The translations under genes and the position numbers were made by a program. Positions 1 through 13,012 of a DNA stretch of 63,979 bases are shown here, one piece after another. Source of the stretch: Paraspadella gotoi (taxonomy: Eukaryota > Animalia > Chaetognatha); NCBI GenBank assembly GCA_051294375.1, contig CM119266.1:5441210-5505188 (forward strand), in the 5' to 3' direction. Numbering within the stretch: position 1 is the stretch's first letter; every line of letters begins with the position of its first letter. Under the pieces are notes generated by a model that had not been told where the DNA came from, ran no database searches, and was given only the letters and a program-made list of their open reading frames with translations.

Positions 1-299
1 CAATCAATCTCTGGCGATCGCAAGGGTTTCCGCGACGACTCTCCCCTCGGATTGGAGGGTCGACTCTGCGTGGAGAAAAATGACGAGACGATCCTGGAGG
101 CGACGGTCGGAATCATCGTCGCTTTCCTCGTCGTCGTCGTTCGTCGGGAAACTTCGTTCATTACGGGTTGACGATGAAAAATAATTGAAGCCTTTATTTT
201 CTCAGAACGACTCATTATCCTTATAGAATCAATTAGTTTAGCGAGTAATTAAGTGTTGAAGGATGAGTTAGCAAAGTAGATAGAGAAGTTTAATTAGAT

Positions 300-590
300 G
301 TTGGATTAGGTAGAACGTTAAGGTTAGGGTTATTAAGTGATAGTTGGGGTCGTTAGATTTAGAGGATTTTGTGTTAGAGGTTAGGGTGTTTAAGGATTAG
401 AGTAAGGGTTAAGGTTTAGGATTAGGTTCGGGTTCTGGTTCATGATTAGTGTTAGGGATAAAGGTTAGGGGTTAAGTTATAAGTTTAAGAATATGTTTAA
501 AACTAAATATCAAAATTGAAATTAAATACCGGAGATAAAGGAACAGAATTGGGGCGATCTGGGAAAAAAAGAGCCGGAAATTGGGATATT
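300..590 (+). repeat. Short interspersed repeat: degenerate TTAGGG-like tract plus a conserved ~50-bp tail
   Basis: Tail gataaaggaacagaattggggcgatctgggaaaaaaagagccgga recurs at 39910-39955 and, inverted, at 43580-43630. Confidence 0.65.
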
Positions 591-1283
591 GAGGATTATG
601 TTAAGGATTTTTAGAGGAAAATTAAGGGTGAGTGATGACAATTTGATGGACATATGATGACATTTTATGACAATGATAACAATTGTGACGAATAATGACT
701 ATTATGTGAGGATTCTACCTAAAAATAAGGGTAAGAAAAGACAATTGATGCAATTTGATGACGTTTGATAAAAATTAATGAGGATTTTAAGAGGAGAAAT
801 GATGGTAATGATGACGATTGTTGTCAATTTAGGGCACGGTGACAATTATTATTTACAATGTCACACACAATAAAAGTTGGTTTTTTTTTTAGATTGAAAA
901 AAAAGAAGAAAAGATTCGAAGAAAATTCCAAGATGGCGGAGATCGAACGCGAAGAAAATAGGTTTTTTGAAAAAAAGTTTATATAAATTTTTATGTCAAA
1001 AAGAAAGAAGTTAAAAACCCAAAATTTGGTACTTGACATTTGAAATGATTTTTTGGACAAATTAATATCACAATTTCTGATTCTTTTTTTCTTATTTACA
1101 ACCCGAAATAAATATTTCATAAATGAATAGAATTTATGTTGATCAAACTGCTTCGTTTGCTATATGGATTAAGTTTTTAAAAGTTTTTTTCTTCTTGTGT
1201 TATTTCTCTTTGAAGCGCTTTTCTCTCTCTCTCTCTCTCTCTCGTTCTCTCTTCTCTCTTCTCGGCTGTCTATCTCTCTCTTT

Positions 1284-1314
<31 letters not shown>

Positions 1315-1317
1315 TCT

Positions 1318-1351
<34 letters not shown>

Positions 1352-1455
1352 GCCTCCCTCTTTATCCTCCACTAATGTCAATCGCCAACCGTAAAGTAAT
1401 TGCAGGAAATGATGCAATGAAATGGAACTGAACATAAACTCGACAGCCTCAAAAC

Positions 1456-1528
<73 letters not shown>

Positions 1529-1786
1529 TCTCGTCACACGCGCGTCAATCACGTCACCCCGAGTAACGCGTGAACCTTCACCGGACACGCCCCTTTAACG
1601 CCATTACACGGCGTCGAATGGCAAAAACTGGACCGTCATTGATCGGATGGCAAAAACTGGACGGCATTGGATCGGAAGAAGGAATTCGTCTGGGGTGATA
1701 ATGTGGGAAGTGAATATTAATCAATTGTCATTTAACATTAGAATAATAATAATAGAATTTATAATATTAAAAAAAAATTTTTTATA

Positions 1787-1860
<74 letters not shown>

Positions 1861-2057
1861 CAATAATAATAAATAATAATATATAAAGAAAGTTTTATCA
1901 TTCTAGTGCTCTCTAAGAATTCTCTTCTTATTGTTTAACAATTATGTCTCGTTTTATTTTTTATTTTTTTTATTGTTTGCCTTTTGCAGTTTTATCGCTG
2001 AGATGAATTCGAAAAGTTCAAGTCTCTGGGGAAAGAACAATTCATCACATTTGTCTG

Positions 2058-2139
<82 letters not shown>

Positions 2140-2504
2140 CTCCTCCCTCTTAACATGGTAGTAGCTGTCAGAATTGGTGAAAATACTCGGGACATCAAGT
2201 TTTAGTTTGTCAACACCAGAAGCCGTAAAGGAAGAGAAACGAGAGGGAGAAAGGAGGAGAGAGGGAGAAAGGGGGAGAGAGAGGGAGAGAGGGAGAAATG
2301 AGGGGTAAAATGTAAGTAGAAAAGATAATGGGGAGAATGTAGAGGAAAGAAAAAAGAATAAAGAGAAAAGGAAAGAGACAAAAAGAAAAAAGAAAAGAAA
2401 AAAATTAAAAGAAAAAAAAAAAGAAAATGGAATTTGAGAAATTGAAAAGAAATTGAGAGAATGATATTAATTGAGTTTCTCTTAAAAGAAAACACAAAAC
2501 TTTG

Positions 2505-2610
2505 ATAAACAAATAAACAAAAAAACAAATAAACAAATAAACAAATAAATAAATAAACAAATAAACAAATAAACAAATAAACAAATAAACAAATAAACAA
2601 ATAAACAAAT
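2505..2610 (+). repeat. (AAATAAAC)n microsatellite
   Basis: Direct inspection. Confidence 0.9.
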
Positions 2611-3082
2611 TCAGAAACTCTAGAAGTGAATAAACTGAACGCGACTGTGAGAGAATCTTGATTGAAATCTCGGTCCGACTCGGTTATTATCTTGAAAAAA
2701 GGAAGGGGACCTGAGCCTGTCCAAATTCAGGGGCAAGATAGCCTAATTATTATATGAATGGATAATTGTTATATTTAATTTATATTGAATATTGAATATT
2801 TATAATTTTATTAAACAAATTTGTTTCAATTGATAAAAGATTTAAAAAAGTCGAAGGATTGAAAACTTTTAGCCCAACCATAAAAGTCCGATCTGGATTC
2901 CTTTTCACCGAGAGATAAAAAAAAATGGCCCCCGTAAAAAAAAAAAAGAAAAATAGTTTTATTTCTTTCCTTCATTTTTATCACCAGAAAATCTTTCCTC
3001 TTTTGATTTTTATCACCAGAAAATCGTCTTTGGTTAAATGAAGAGAAACTGCGGCCATTGGAATCTTGCTCTCGTTGGAGCC

Positions 3083-3154
<72 letters not shown>

Positions 3155-3548
3155 AAAGAGAAAAGTCTTAACTGTCATTTGGGATGGAAAGAGGGTTTTT
3201 TGACTCTCTTATTTTTTTCTTTTCTTTTCTTTACTTTTCTTTTTTGTCTTGACCTCTCTTTTGTTGAATTTTAGAAAAAAAATTATCGTACCTCCTTTTT
3301 GTTCTTATTTCTTTTCTCATTTCTTTTCTTTTAATCTTTCTTTTCTCTTCCTCTTTCTTTTTTTTTTCCTCTTTCTTTTCTTTTTCTCTTCTTTACTGTA
3401 TTTCTCTTTTATAGTTTTCCACATTTCGTTTATTTTATTTCCTGTTTCTAAATTTCTCTCTCCAACTCCGCTTTTGCTTTTCTTTTTTTTCCCTCCAAGC
3501 TTCTCTTTTTCTCTCTACCTATCTTCCTTCTAACTTCTCTTTTTATCT

Positions 3549-3550
3549 AG

Positions 3551-3623
<73 letters not shown>
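3549..3623 (+). repeat. (CTAT)n microsatellite
   Basis: Direct inspection. Confidence 0.95.
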
Positions 3624-4059
3624 CTTAAACCTACAACTCTACTGCTTTTTTCTCTAAATTGTTAACGAATATTTATTGGGTTTTTCTTTGTCATATTCTG
3701 ACCTCCCTTTCCCTCTCTCTACTCACTCCTCCCCCCTCACTCCCCCCACCTTCCTCCTCACTTCCCCCTCCTCCTCCTCCTCATCTTCCTCCTCCTCCTC
3801 ATGTAGGCCGCGTTTATTACCGAAGTGAAGATGATCTCTGGCTCCACATTTCACGTCACAAAACCCAATCGCGTAACCAAATCTCCCATTCTCTCCCTCG
3901 TTACTTTCTCCCTCAAATCTCTCCTCTGTACAACCAAAACCGCCGCCATCTTGTTTATATGTAAGCGAAAGGACGTCGAATGTTTAAGCAACTTTTCTTT
4001 GCGGGACGCGTGTGGTTTGGAGAGGCCGTCGTCGTTGTTGTTATTGTGGTTCCATCGTA

Positions 4060-4093
<34 letters not shown>

Positions 4094-4613
4094 NNNNNNN
4101 NNNNNNNNNNNNNNNNNNNNNNNNNNNNNNNNNNNNNNNNNNNNNNNNNNNNNNNNNNNNNNNNNNNNNNNNNNNNNNNNNNNNNNNNNNNNNNNNNNNN
4201 NNNNNNNNNNNNNNNNNNNNNNNNNNNNNNNNNNNNNNNNNNNNNNNNNNNNNNNNNNNNNNNNNNNNNNNNNNNNNNNNNNNNNNNNNNNNNNNNNNNN
4301 NNNNNNNNNNNNNNNNNNNNNNNNNNNNCTATCTTTTTTGGTCGAACAAATCCGAAATCGAGATCAGGATTATCTCGCCTCTTTTTCGAATCTCGAATCG
4401 ATGTCAGGGCTATGAATATGATGTCTTACATATTGACGAAATTAGTAAGTCAGACTATTTATGATATTGTTGATAACAAGAGAGTTCAAAGGTCCGAGAT
4501 AGTTTATTTCGCTGAGTATATTGATAATTTTTCCTAATGTTTTTACTGAGCTCTTTAAAGCTTTGACCAAATATGAACAGTATCTGGTTCTCGATTGCAA
4601 ATGACTTAGATCT

Positions 4614-4671
<58 letters not shown>

Positions 4672-5324
4672 TTTTACGCCCTGTTGAGTTCAAAAGTGAT
4701 CAGTGGTCAAACATCTCGAGCCGCGTTACGAATGATGTTCTCATTTGCATAATCGAGATGCAAAACTCCATCAAGATCCAACAATTAAGGGGACAGAGAG
4801 AGAGAGTCGGGGAATATTCCATGAAAAATACTTATTGTTTGACGTTTGTAGTTTATATCATACATATTATTCATAATTAATTTTCAATAAATCTCACAAA
4901 TGATGATAGACTTTTATTGTTATTGATGGTATGAGTATTACTTATCTCAGTAATATCTCTCTTTAATATTTAAGCAGACTCCCGGCGATCCCTCGACAAT
5001 CCCTTGCTAGTATTTCAAAAAAATATGTCGGCTATCCTCGGCAATCTCTTGGCCCATCTCTTGTCCATTTCTTGCCCATTTCATAGCAATCACTTGTCCA
5101 CGTCTTGTCTATCTCTCGGCAATTTCTCGGCAATACCTCGGCAGTCTTTAGGAAATTTCTCGGCAATTCCGTGTCCATCTCTCGGCAATCTCTCGGCACT
5201 TTCGCGTCGGTTTCTTCTAAGTCTTCGGCATCAGAGTTCACTCATCAACTCTCAGTGGGGTAAAATCACCCGACTAGGTGGAATTCACAAGCTTTCTTGT
5301 TTTTGAATTTGAGGTCGCGCGAGA

Positions 5325-6440
5325 GGACGAGAGACGGCAAGGAGGAGGAGGAGAAGAGGAGAGCGAGGAGAGAGAGGAGGAAGAGGGAGAGAGGACAGGG
5401 CGAGAGGAGGAGGGGGGTGAAGAGAGTAGGGAGGAGAGGGAGAGAGGAGAGAGAGAGAGGTTTGAGAGGAGAGGAGGGAGAGAGAGGAGAGGGAGAGAGG
5501 GGGAGAGGGAAGGAGAGAGAGAGGAGAGAGGGGAGAGGAGGGAGAGAGCGGGAGAGAGGAGGGGGATGAGAGGTAAGGATGGGATGAGGAGAGGCGTAGA
5601 GGCAGAGATGAGAGGGAGAGAGAGAGTGAGCAGTGGAGAGAGAGACCGAGGAGTGATTGAATCATGAAGAGGAGAGGATGAGAGAGTTGGATGAGAGAGA
5701 GAGAGGAGAGAGAGAGGGAATGAGGCGCGAGAAGTGGGCGGTCGCGGTTCTGGCTCGGGTCAGTTCAATTGATCGTCGCGCTTCGCATGTTTTTTTGGGT
5801 TGGTGCGTGATTCCTTTCCCCCCGCCGCGTTTGAATTGTTGTTTTTTGCAGCATTGATGTGTTATGCTTGTTATTTCAGGACTTTGGAATTCTATTAAAG
5901 GATAAATTTACTCTTTCCTATTTCTCCTTTTTTTTCTTTATTTTTTTCCTTCTTTCCTTCTCCTTTCTTTTTCCTTCCTTTCTTTTTCCTTCTCCATTTC
6001 TTTTCCTCTATCTTCTCTCTTCCTCCTTGGTCTCCTTTCTCTCATTCCTTTCCTTTTCCTTCTCTTTCCTTTCAATCTTTTCTTCTTTCCTCCTTTCTTC
6101 TTCCTCCCTTCCTTTCATTATCCCTTTCCTCCATCCCTTTCCTCTCTCCTCCATCTTTTTTCTTTCCTCCCTTTCCTTCATTCGCTCCCCTTTCCTTCCT
6201 CTCATCCCCTTGTCTCCTCCTTTCCTTTTCCAATCTTTCTTTCTCTTCTTCTTCCTCCCTTTCTTTCTCTATCCCTTTTCCTCTCCATTTCAATCGTTTT
6301 CTCCTTTCCTCCCCTTTCCTTTCCTCTCATCCCCTTTCCTCCTCATTCTCCAATCTTTTCTCCTTTCCTCCCTTTCCTCATTCCTCCCCTTTCCTTTCCT
6401 CTCATCTCCTTTCCTCCCTCTTTTCAAATCTCGACATTTC
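5325..6440. repeat. Low-complexity purine tract (5325-5725) and pyrimidine tract (5910-6440)
   Basis: GA-rich then CT-rich low complexity; source of several spurious ORFs. Confidence 0.85.
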
Positions 6441-6646
6441 TCGCTCGAATTCCTCTCGATTCTCTAAGAACCACTAAGTGCTGTTGGGATCTTCTCAACC
6501 TTCAACTTTTTCTTGTCGACTTTTTCGTCCGAATCTGAATCTCACTCACTTCTCTTTTATTCTTCTCTTTTTCTTATCTTTTTCTTCTCTTTTTCTTGTC
6601 TTTCTTTTCATTTATTTGTCTGTTTGTCCGTCGGTCCGCAGGTAGA

Positions 6647-7468
6647 GTTTTTATAATTCACTTTGTCGGTCCGTCGGTCCGCCCCCTCAATCTTGTCGGG
6701 CATTAACTTATTTCATTTCAGAACTTCGAATTATGATAAATAAGGCAAAAAAATGGATGTCCGTCCGTCCGTCTGTCTGTCCGTCCGTCTGTCCCACCTT
6801 AGCAAAATGAATGAAATTTTCTGTGTGATTGAGCTGGATGTAAAGTTTCGTTGGAATCGTGCGAGTGGAAAAGAGTTTAAATGGAAAAAACAAAAGTCAT
6901 ATTTACTAGAAGTATTTTTACTTATATTTACTCATAATTATTATATTTATTAAAAATTAGATAGATAAATTGAAATGAAATTTTGTGTGTGGTATGCAAT
7001 TAAACTGGAAATAAATTTTTGATGGAATCGTAGGAGGGGAAAAGAGTTTAAATGAGAAAACCAAATACATTTATTTTATTTATAAATTTCTCTCTATCTT
7101 TTCTCTCTGTTAATTGATTGATTGATTGCAAGTTGACCAAATTATCCAAGTGACCAAATTCTGCGAGATAAAAAAAATTAGGTCAGTTGACCAAATTATG
7201 CAAAATTAACAAATTATACAAAATTATCAAATTATGCAAGCTGGTTTTGGCGAGGCTACTGGTAATGATTGATAGATAATTTGATTTATAGATTTTTTCA
7301 TAGATCTATTAAGAAGTCTGTTATGATTTTTTATGTAACCATGTGTTATGATCTGTTAAGATCACAAATTGAAAGTCAGAAAACATTACCGTGATTTATC
7401 ATCGGATTAGATTATTACCACTTAATTATTGTTGGCAGATCCGACATTGTTTGCTCAAACTTTTTTTT
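6647..7468 (+). mobile_element. Helentron/DINE-1-like non-autonomous element, copy 1
   Basis: Internal (GTCC/GTCT)n microsatellite, duplicated core, 3' end GCAGATCCGACA followed by hairpin GTTTG-CT-CAAAC and a T-run; homologous to 20693-21635 and 45250-48250. Confidence 0.72.
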
Positions 7469-8801
7469 ATGCAAACCGAAAACTTAGATTATTCTTTTTT
7501 CGAAACGATTTCATTCTTTCATTCTCTCAATCATTAGCCTATTTATATATTGATACAATAGGCGACGATGTATAGAAACAGTTTCAGTTGTTTCATAATA
7601 AACAACAGGTTAAAAACACATTTTATAATATGGAGCCTTCTGTATTTATCTCAAGTCTCGCCAAATTACGACTCAGAGACCAACAAGATAACCAGAAGAC
7701 GATTTGGCTGAACGCATGTTAACATTAATGAATTTTTTGTTTCGCCCAAAAAATTAAAAGCGAACCTAAAGCCTTATGAAATTGGTACAACCAATATAAA
7801 AATTATCCATTCATTTAATAAATAAACTATCTTGTCCCTGACTTTGGACAGGCTTTGGCGGTTTAAGGCCTCCATCACACTTACAAGATAATAACATAGC
7901 AGGTTTCTGCAAGCTTTCAATCAAGACTCTCTCACAGTCTTGTTTATTCACTCCCAGTGAACCTGGCTTCCCTATCAATGAAGTGGTATAATATTTCAAA
8001 GAATGTTTCAATTGTATGAAAAGACCACTCCCTTAAGTATTTCTTTTATATAATTTAATTCGAACTAAATTTTTATGAAAATCATTTGGCCCAGTGCTGA
8101 GAACGCCGGTTATTCAACATTCCTGAAAGGTTTCAGGTTCAAATCTGGCTAAAGTAATTTTTTACCATAAGTTCTGATGTCCTAAAATTGGTCATATAGC
8201 AATGGCTTACCGAAGGGAGCGTAGCCATATGTTTACTCAATATCAAGACAAAAACTCTCTTTCAAATTATCATTTGTACTCGAGTTACAGAGCTTGCCTT
8301 CTCGGAAATTCTAGACGGATGCTACTGTCGCTTTTGCCAGACGCCGCCCGTATATTTATCTTATTTCCTTCCGGAAAGTTCATGCTGGTTTCAAAATAAT
8401 TTAAAATAAGACTCTTTTCGTTATCTTATTCCAGGGAAAACCGTTAATTATTTTTCACATGATCATTAGTTACTTTTTATATTCATGGAAAATGGTTTTT
8501 TTTAAAAATATTTTTTTCGGATACTTCTTTACCGCTTTGATACTAAATATTACGCAGGTAAGTACAGTTTTACAAATATTATATTTAACTTTAAACGATG
8601 AAAAGTAAGAAAAAACCACAAAGGAAGATAAGGACGAAATTTAAACTTATTGACTATGTCTGTTGATATTTTTCAATTTTTCACCGTACTAACTAATTGT
8701 ATAAACAGTTTGTGTTTATGACATTTTATGTTCCTATGATATGTATACATTTAACTGGTCATTCTCAGAATTGATCAAACTGCAGTTTAATTTTTTCTTA
8801 G

Positions 8802-10731
8802 GTTGAAGGAAACGATACTTTAGCAAAACTGTTATTAGTTCGTGGAACTTCTCCTCTGCCACCTCGCCGAATCGGAAACGCTCTCGTGGTAAGACAAATC
8901 ACCCAGAAATACTAAAATATTTTAATACGAATAAATTAATGATGAAAGCTTGTGTTTGCATATCGATCATTAGATATGACAGTTTCAATGTACCCTAATA
9001 ACGCATTGGGAGAATTTTTCATCCTTAAAGAGTTTAACACCCAGTAGAGCAGAAAACTTTTTTTTCTCCAGCAACTCTTCAGATTGGTTGATCGCCCGAA
9101 ACTGGAGTTCCGGCTTTGAATTGCATCTAACCCCAACCTTCGACCAGATGTTGGAGACTCTCCAGCCGCTGCTGCCGAAAATTCTCTCGAGCAGAAAATT
9201 TCTGTCCGCACGCATCGAGGCTGATGGAAGCTCGATTTGCTAAGCGAAAATCGTCTCCCTCTCTATCCTGTTCGAAACGACTCTTCTCAAACACGAATGC
9301 AGATGGCTCTCTACTTTGACAGAATATTCGACGCCGTTCCGTCTTGGACTTAAAGACGCCGCAGCATCTGACGAAGAACTGGAGAGTTTAGGCTTTCCGA
9401 AGGAGATGTTGATCGCTTTTCGAGAGGCAGAGGAATTGTCCATCGAGTCGATACTAACTGAGAGATCAAACGAAAATAGATCGAAAGAAACTAAGATGTT
9501 AGATGAAATATTTTCTTTTGTGAATGAGGAACTTTCCTTGAACAAAGAAGACGACAACCAAGATCGCCGCCTTAACTGTTCAGCTTTAATCCGCGCAAGA
9601 ATTCGGGTTTTTTTCGCTTTTCAAAAGGTTTTCAGCTTACGATATGCTCACAAAATTGTGAAAGGTCAACAAACTGAAAACCGACTCCTAAGATCCTTTA
9701 CTTTAAAGAATATCATCCTTAATGGAATTGTAAACTGTCAGCAAGACCACAATATATGGTCTCAATCGAACTTTACTCTTGTGAAATTAGAATGTGAACG
9801 GAAATGTAAAGGCGGGAGTTGTTTTGATATTTCAGCTAACGGTTCACTCTGTCTCTGCAATCTTGGCCACGCGGGAGTTTACTGTGAACGCTCATCTCGT
9901 CGCTACGATGGCTTCTTTCCTATTCTCCCGACTTTAAAATTCTTTAAAACTCTGAACATTTCGGGTTTATTTGAAGCGAAATCAATTTCTGAAAAGTCAA
10001 AAGATTTTTTTATTTCTTCCCCAATGACGTCTGCTTTGAAAGAAGCAAAAGTTCATTTTTCTCAAGGCTTGAAAAGAAGTGGGATTACGAATTTGCTTCA
10101 TCTTTCGTCAATTAAAAATATATTTAATAAAATTTTTGTTGAAACACTGGAAGAATTTGTCACAAATAAAGAAGATATTTTACATATAATGAGACAAATC
10201 ATCGAATTGACGGAAGTAGTAGAAGTAGTAAAGGAACTTAAGTTTGCTAAGTTGGACAAAAAGTATCAGGAACCGTTGACAAAGCTTCACATAATTGTTG
10301 ATGAATTGCACAACTTACTTTTAGATGATCCGAATAATTTTGACAAAAAAATGAGCTGCACACTCGTATTGTCAGGTAATCAACTTACATAACCTAACAT
10401 AATAATAAAGTGTTCACATTATCTTCACCCAATTCCTTACACAGATTTCCGAATTTAACTCTGCCGACTGCAACGTCTAATTGTCCACGGACCTGTAAAA
10501 CTCGCCAAAGCTTTAGAACATATTTCTTGCACTGAAGAATACAAACAAAGGTTTTCACGTTTCAAAGATCATTTGATTCGGTTATATGTTGGTTCCTATG
10601 CCACTTATCACTGGTGTTTAATTATGGACCCTCAACCATTTCCTTCTCGGGCGCTGATTGAAGAGGAAGCACTAAAGAGTGCCACCATCATGGCTGAAAA
10701 TTTTGCTAGGCACTCTTGCCTTGATGCCTAA
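8802..10731 (+). pseudogene. Spliced gene or pseudogene with one EGF-like domain between helical regions; 5' exons unresolved
   Basis: Exons 8802-8888, 8983-10375 and 10445-10731 join in phase through short GT-AG introns. EGF-like CERKCKGGSCFDISANGSLCLCNLGHAGVYCE at ~9793-9888. The frame is broken only by in-frame TAA at 9241-9243 and 10456-10458. Includes track ORF 9316-10392. Confidence 0.7.
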
Positions 10732-11867
10732 GCCTTAACCCAAAGTCCCAAACCCTAATCCTAAATCTTTAATCCTAATCCTTAACCTAATTCCTAACTC
10801 TAATCCATATCATAATCCCAAACCCTTACTCCTATTATAAATTTTAAACATAAAATTAATTCATTTCTAAATTGTTTTGGAAAAGTTTTAAAGATTGTAC
10901 ACAATACCCAATACATAAATTTTTATTTTTTAGCTTCAAAATAATTTGATTTCTTTCAAGTTTTAAAACAAAAAAGAATTTAAATAATTTGAATGTCTGT
11001 TTGATACATACAAAATTGTTACTCAAGGAAAGTGCAAAGATTTACATATTTTTGATTTTTTTAGTCGTGCCGTGCGATTACATCACCGTTTATTCAATTT
11101 AAGTATTCAACTGAGTCACTTTAGTTAATTGTTAGAAGAGAAGTGAGATATCGTTAAATGTTTGTTGTGCTTATCAGTGTTGTGTCATGACCATGTAGCA
11201 ATACATTCACGTAATGGAAAGTCATTGAAGCATAATTCTTGAAATATTCGGTCATTTTACATAGCTTATGATTTACAGATTAGTTTTCCATTTTAAAATT
11301 ATGTTGTGATAACATCTGACACAAAATTATATAAAAACTACTACGCTTTTATAGGTTTGGCTGTGACTTACCGTTTTATTTTTTAATAAAAATTATTATG
11401 AATTATGATAAAGTTTTACAAAAGTGTGCGATCATAGTAAGTTAAAAATTTAGATATGGCTTCTCATCTTGAAATAGCTTTGATAATTTCTTATTACATT
11501 TGGATTTAAGTATTTTTTGTTTGAATTTCCAATTCATTATGATTTACTGCAATATGCAAATGAGATTATAGTACACATTATAATATCCAAATTAGTATAT
11601 AGAAATGCTTTAATCTAATTTACATATTACAGTATATAATATTGAAGATGAAATTCAAATTTTTTTTTTTAAATCTATAATAAAAATGGGAAATCAAGGG
11701 ACCTTTTTAATGAGAAGCTATATCTTAATTTTAATACAAATAAAAATAAAATCTTTTACAATCTATGATTGAAAAAAATTGTAAAAAATTCTAATTGTAA
11801 ACAATTGTAACATTTTTTTTTCCTTTCTTTTCTTTCTGTAAATTATATATATTTTTTTTCCTTATAT

Positions 11868-12520
11868 TTGTCAGTTGCTGCCTCTTCTGAACCCTTTAAA
11901 AGCGAGTTCAGGCTCTGCAGTGATTGTACAGCGGTTGTCCAGTTTTCTCTCTTTCTCTCTCTCTCTGTCTGTCTCTTTCTTTATCTTTCTGTCTCTCTCT
12001 CTCTGTACGATCTCTTGCGTGATCGTTTTTTGAAAAATTTTTATTTTTTTTTTCCTTATAAAAACTTTTATTATCTCCATTTATTCTGCGCTTTTTTCTC
12101 AATGCAAAATCCCAAATTTACATCCGAGATTTTCGTGGATTTATTCTCTTTCTTTCTCTCTCTCTTTCTTTCTCTCTCTCTTTCTCTCTCTCTTTCACTC
12201 ATACACGCATTTGTTTGTTTTATTTATGATGAATGATTCATTGCGTCAATGAATGACTATCATCGCATCAATGAATGACTATCATCGTATCAATGAATGA
12301 TTATCATCACATCAATGAATTACTATCATCGCATCAATCATTTGGTTATTATCACATCAATCATTTGGTTATCATCACATCGATCATTTGGTTATCATCG
12401 CATCAATTATTGGTTATCATCGCATTAATATTTGATTATCATCGCATCAATCATTTGGTTATCATCGCATCAATATTTGGTTATCATTGAAGGTAGGCGA
12501 GATCCTATTCTTTTAAGATT
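11868..12520 (+). repeat. Interspersed repeat with a ~24-bp minisatellite (atcatttggttatcatcgcatca)
   Basis: Collinear homology to ~45980-46830 (tttaaaagcgagtt; cgatctc.tgcgtgatcg; gagattttcgtggatt; catacacgcatttg; caatgaatgactatcat array). Confidence 0.8.
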
Positions 12521-12558
12521 TTTTCAAAATGTAATGATATGTTTATACATATAAACAG

Positions 12559-13012
12559 ATGTGAATGTCCATCTGGTTTTCAAAAGAGCGGGCGTGATTG
12601 CCGTTGCACCAGCAATTCAGTTTGCCCTAGCTACCAACGATGCTCCAATGGTCGATGCATTGATGTCTGTTGTGGCAATCCCTGCGACGATTGGTTTCGG
12701 ATTTGCAATCATAGGAACAGATATATTTTAAGTCATCGACCTAATTGCGTGAAATGGTTTGGATATTGCGAGAACGATAATGACGTTAATTTCTACCACG
12801 TGGATTGGGGAAGAGGGGGAGCGCACAGTTGGTGGTATGGGAGATATGTTTGCTTCTGTAAGAGGCCGGGCAAAAGTTACTATGATAACGGTGCATGGGG
12901 TCGGTGGGGTTGCGGCAGCCATGAGAGTAATTATTGCGAAAGCGTGTACAACAACCACTGGGAATCAGCAGCGGAAAAACCGGATTTTCGAATCGCGACG
13001 GAAGTTTGTTAA
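12559..13012 (+). CDS. Cys/Trp/Tyr/Gly-rich terminal exon of an unidentified (probably secreted) protein
   Basis: aacag acceptor; CECPSGFQKSGRDCRCTSNSVCPSYQRCSNGRCIDVCCGNPC... (EGF tail followed by an EB/dumpy-like Cys pattern); open to TAA; AATAAA repeats follow at ~13067-13085. Upstream exons not found. Confidence 0.7.

Noticed and set aside
320-480. True interstitial telomeric array
   Set aside because: There are no consecutive perfect TTAGGG runs, and the tract belongs to a dispersed repeat with a shared tail.
824-6467. Many ORFs rich in ER/RE, LS/SL or F/L (also throughout the window)
   Set aside because: They are translations of (GA/CT)n and other low-complexity tracts or run through N-gaps, with no splice or homology support.
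9241-10458. Alternative genetic code (TAA read as sense) to explain the two in-frame TAAs
   Set aside because: About 1000 codons of otopetrin and Irx exons contain no in-frame TAA or TAG, and TAA terminates the Cys-rich exon ahead of poly(A) signals. Pseudogenisation or base error is simpler.
12240-12490. CRISPR-like array of ~24-bp repeats
   Set aside because: Head-to-tail degenerate minisatellite with no unique spacers, in a eukaryotic context with no cas genes.
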